From positions 1 to 34,069 of the IMG/VR virus record IMGVR_UViG_3300042391_000141: a stretch of DNA of 34,069 nt. One strand, given 5' to 3'. Positions 31,159 to 34,069 of this stretch are shown here, piece by piece; position 1 is the first letter of the stretch; each line of letters starts with the position of its first letter. The stretch is from a virus (Duplodnaviria > Caudoviricetes). The position numbers and the translations under genes were made by a program. A model generated the notes under the pieces. It did no database searches. It saw only the letters and a list, made by a program, of their open reading frames with translations, and was not told the origin of the DNA.

Positions 31159-33905
31159 TTTAATGCTATAAATTGTGGTAGTGTTAACGGGTCTTTTTGT
31201 GTGTCAATTTTAAGAATCAACTCATCTAACTTATCGTTGTTTTCTTGTAATTGCGGTGCATCGGTCGCTAATTGGATCTGATTACCTACGTAAAACGCTT
31301 GTTCATACGTTCCTTTTAACATACTTGAACGACGGCGTACTCCTGAACTTGTATCTCGCCCTACTAAATCAAAACCACTTATGCCGATAAATCTAAACGG
31401 TGCTGTGTTGTTTGGTAAGGTTGCTAAAAGCGTTCCTGTTGCGTAGTTATCCGTTAGTGTTGCAGTAGTTACTTTCCACAATTCATAGCCTAAATTATCA
31501 CCACCTAATATTTCAACTTGACTATCTCCGTTCGCATCTTCAATAAGTACATTGATAATTTCCGTATCGGTTGGCGTAATCGTTTTAGGCGGTGTGGCTT
31601 TTAATGCGTTGTACTTTGTGCTTTCATTAATTACAATTGATTTGTAAGTAATTGTACCACTTGCAACGCCTACAATAGCACTTGCATCATCTTTGATTTT
31701 TACGTTGTAATTTCCGAAGTCTAAATACAAACCATCCCTTGCAACTAATTGCCCTAGTTTTATTCCTGTTTCAGTAAGTCTAAAAATAGCTGTTGCATCG
31801 TAAAGTTGTGAAGTAGTCGAGAGTGTTGTGTAAGCATTTGCAGTTGCGAACGTGTCGGTAATACCGACATCTTCTTGGTTGCTTGCAGTCCACCACATTT
31901 CACCACCTGCCAAAGTTATAACCTCATCGTATCTTTTGAATCCGTACAATTCACGCGCTACATTTTTAGTTGTTCCTGCGTTGCCTGGAGGGTAGTAAAT
32001 AAAATAATCCTGTGCGGTTGCCGTATTGTTTACTTGGAAAAATTCAGTCGCTCCAGTTGACGTGTTCCAAACACAAACGCTTGCATCTGGTGAAATGTTT
32101 TCTAATCTTAATACGGTTGATGTTCCTGCGCTTGTTTGATAAACTCCTGTTATTAATGCAGTTCCTGTTAAGGTAATTGTATTTGCCTTTAATGTAGTAA
32201 AATTTCCACTTCCTGTTGAAATTGTAACCCCTGTTGATACGTTAATAGTCCAACCAACATAATCAGATGTTGCATTTGCAGTTAAGCAATTATCAGCTTG
32301 AAATAAATTTGCAGTTGTATTTAAAGCGTATTGATACGCATCATAAATTTGTTGGTAAGTTAAGTTGCCTGTAATAGTCATTACTTTTGTAGCGAAGTTA
32401 AAAGCAATACCTGTTATAGCTTGTGCGGTTGCAATTACCTTACTTGAAGTTGGTAAACTTGTATGTACGTATGTAGGTGTAATAGCGTTATTTCCTGCTA
32501 AATTTGTTGTTAAATAAACTTTGTCATAACCATAACGACTTGAACCAACTGAATGCGTTTCTGCACCTTTTGTTGTTCCTGTACAAAAGTAATTGTAAAC
32601 ACTTTGATTTCCATTTGCAGTTGCGTAACCCCAAGCAAATGGAAACTCTGCTGTTGCTGTACCTGCTACTGTTGCTATACTTTGTTGTGTTAAATCAAAA
32701 GTAATATCTACCGTTCCACCTTTTGCTCTAATTCCTGCTACATTTGAGCCAACTGGTTGATAATACATATAACCATCACTTAATAAGTTCCCTGCTGTAT
32801 CTTGTGTTTTAATAGTTATTTGTTTAGAAAATTCTAATACATTTCTACCACTTGCACTTGAACTCATCCAAACAATGTTAGTACCTACTAAGTTGTTTTT
32901 TAAACGAGTCCAAGCACCACCTAATAATACTATTTGAGCACCTGCATAGTAGTTAGGTACTACATAAGTTGTGTTGTAATTTTCAATAGAAATTCTTGTT
33001 GCAGTTGGCACACTTGCAAGGTTAATTTCAGGTCCATCTGTATCAATAGGAGTATATCCTTTCAAACTTAATTGAGGAACACCAAAATTTAACCACATAC
33101 CAACCCAAGTTTGAGTAGCTTGAAAATCTATCGTTGCTGTTGTGTTATCTTGTCTAATGCGAGCTTGTCCTGTTCCTGTACCTCTTGCACATAAAATCCA
33201 GCACTCATCTCCTGATGTTGAAATTCTTGAATAGTTACCTGAATCTGTTGTAAGCCAATCAGCTCCAAATCTTACAGTAGCATCAATAACCGTAAACTTT
33301 GCTGGATAGGTTGCGTTTGTACTTGCAAGCTTTAAAATCTTATTTCCGTTGTTTCCTAACCAATCAAAACCAACGTATGGAAAATAACCATTATTTGCAG
33401 TTGCTTTACGACCACTAAAGATAATTTCACCACCACTTGCACTTCCTTCTACTTGAAATCTGTTTGAGCAACTACCATCATTTCTTAATTGAGCACCCCA
33501 AGATAGAACTGTTAAAGTTCCTTGAATATACAAATCTAAACCTTGAACATCAAAAATTCTAAATAAAGAACCTCTATCTTCTCTTAAAATAAATCCTGTT
33601 GGTGCTGCGGTTGCATTATTTAATGTATCTGTACCTGTTTGAATAATTCCAGTAGAAACTGTGTATGCTTGTGAAGTAAAAGCAGGAAATGCTGTATCTA
33701 CTGTTAAAGAACTTGAAGATTGAATAGACACAACAGTTCTTGTATTTCCACCTACTGTAATAGTACTACCAACCCTTACTGTTGAAATTGAAGGTGCCGC
33801 ACCTATTCCAAACGCAAAACTACTCCCAGCTATTGTAACTGTTGTATTTCCTGCACAAGTTAATGTTCCTGCTCCTGCTACTGCTGTTGTTCTTGCAAAT
33901 GCCAT
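31155..33905 (-). CDS. Large Thr/Gly/Ala-rich beta protein, putative tail spike / receptor-binding protein (916 aa)
   Basis: Amino-acid composition, size and late-operon position; no family recognised. Confidence 0.6.
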   Translation of the reverse strand: MAFARTTAVAGAGTLTCAGNTTVTIAGSSFAFGIGAAPSISTVRVGSTITVGGNTRTVVSIQSSSSLTVDTAFPAFTSQAYTVSTGIIQTGTDTLNNATAAPTGFILREDRGSLFRIFDVQGLDLYIQGTLTVLSWGAQLRNDGSCSNRFQVEGSASGGEIIFSGRKATANNGYFPYVGFDWLGNNGNKILKLASTNATYPAKFTVIDATVRFGADWLTTDSGNYSRISTSGDECWILCARGTGTGQARIRQDNTTATIDFQATQTWVGMWLNFGVPQLSLKGYTPIDTDGPEINLASVPTATRISIENYNTTYVVPNYYAGAQIVLLGGAWTRLKNNLVGTNIVWMSSSASGRNVLEFSKQITIKTQDTAGNLLSDGYMYYQPVGSNVAGIRAKGGTVDITFDLTQQSIATVAGTATAEFPFAWGYATANGNQSVYNYFCTGTTKGAETHSVGSSRYGYDKVYLTTNLAGNNAITPTYVHTSLPTSSKVIATAQAITGIAFNFATKVMTITGNLTYQQIYDAYQYALNTTANLFQADNCLTANATSDYVGWTINVSTGVTISTGSGNFTTLKANTITLTGTALITGVYQTSAGTSTVLRLENISPDASVCVWNTSTGATEFFQVNNTATAQDYFIYYPPGNAGTTKNVARELYGFKRYDEVITLAGGEMWWTASNQEDVGITDTFATANAYTTLSTTSQLYDATAIFRLTETGIKLGQLVARDGLYLDFGNYNVKIKDDASAIVGVASGTITYKSIVINESTKYNALKATPPKTITPTDTEIINVLIEDANGDSQVEILGGDNLGYELWKVTTATLTDNYATGTLLATLPNNTAPFRFIGISGFDLVGRDTSSGVRRRSSMLKGTYEQAFYVGNQIQLATDAPQLQENNDKLDELILKIDTQKDPLTLPQFIALK

Positions 33906-33908
33906 TTC

Positions 33909-33983
33909 TTAATCTCTTTTAATTATTGATAAAATAAACGCAACTGCGCTTAATATTGCTTTTTTGATTCCTCCGTAGCCCAT
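33909..33983 (-). CDS. Micro-protein MGYGGIKKAILSAVAFILSIIKRD (24 aa)
   Basis: TAATG-coupled to the 126-aa gene; ends 3 nt before the next ATG. Confidence 0.5.
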   Translation of the reverse strand: MGYGGIKKAILSAVAFILSIIKRD

Positions 33984-34069
33984 TATACGTATGTTAAAGA
34001 TGCTCTATTGTTCCACACTTGGTTAAATGCCTCGCTTCCGTTTGCGTACTCACTCATTAATACATTACC
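33943..34069. repeat. 127-bp terminal direct repeat, right copy
   Basis: Identical to 1-127. Confidence 0.95.

Noticed and set aside
33943-34069. Terminal repeat as biological phage DTR or att site
   Set aside because: It is exactly 127 bp and cuts through coding sequence, so an assembler overlap is the simpler explanation. The true termini are unknown.
1-34069. Lysogeny module, DGR/retron, or alternative genetic code
   Set aside because: I saw no integrase, CI-like repressor, reverse transcriptase or TR/VR repeat pair. Genes tile densely under code 11, with TAA, TAG and TGA all used as stops.

Overview
This window is a complete, circularly assembled tailed-phage genome of 33,942 unique bp. 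Bases 1-127 are repeated exactly at 33943-34069, most likely a k=127 assembler overlap. Bacteroidota-type TTG-N19-TAnnTTTG promoters, A-rich start regions without Shine-Dalgarno sites and low GC point to a Flavobacteriia-like host. Essentially all genes are on the minus strand. They comprise an early replication/recombination block (ERF, exonuclease, GIY-YIG homing endonuclease, SSB, initiator, helicase, NinG, two orphan DNA methyltransferases, ECF-like sigma factor), terminase, a siphovirus-like morphogenesis block in unusual order, putative receptor-binding proteins and a lysis module. I saw no integrase, repressor, tRNA, CRISPR array or reverse transcriptase. The main finding is an integrase-less array of two gene cassettes at 24975-26227, bounded by integron attC-like palindromes. 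One cassette carries a methyltransferase whose start codon lies inside the palindrome loop. Other notable signals: two promoter- and terminator-bounded candidate sRNAs with anti-start-codon sequence, a kissing-loop/terminator leader before the replication initiator, a 4-copy candidate late promoter, a -1 frameshift with dual coding in the tail chaperone, and 19-bp gene-junction repeats. All product calls come from motif recognition by eye, not database searches.
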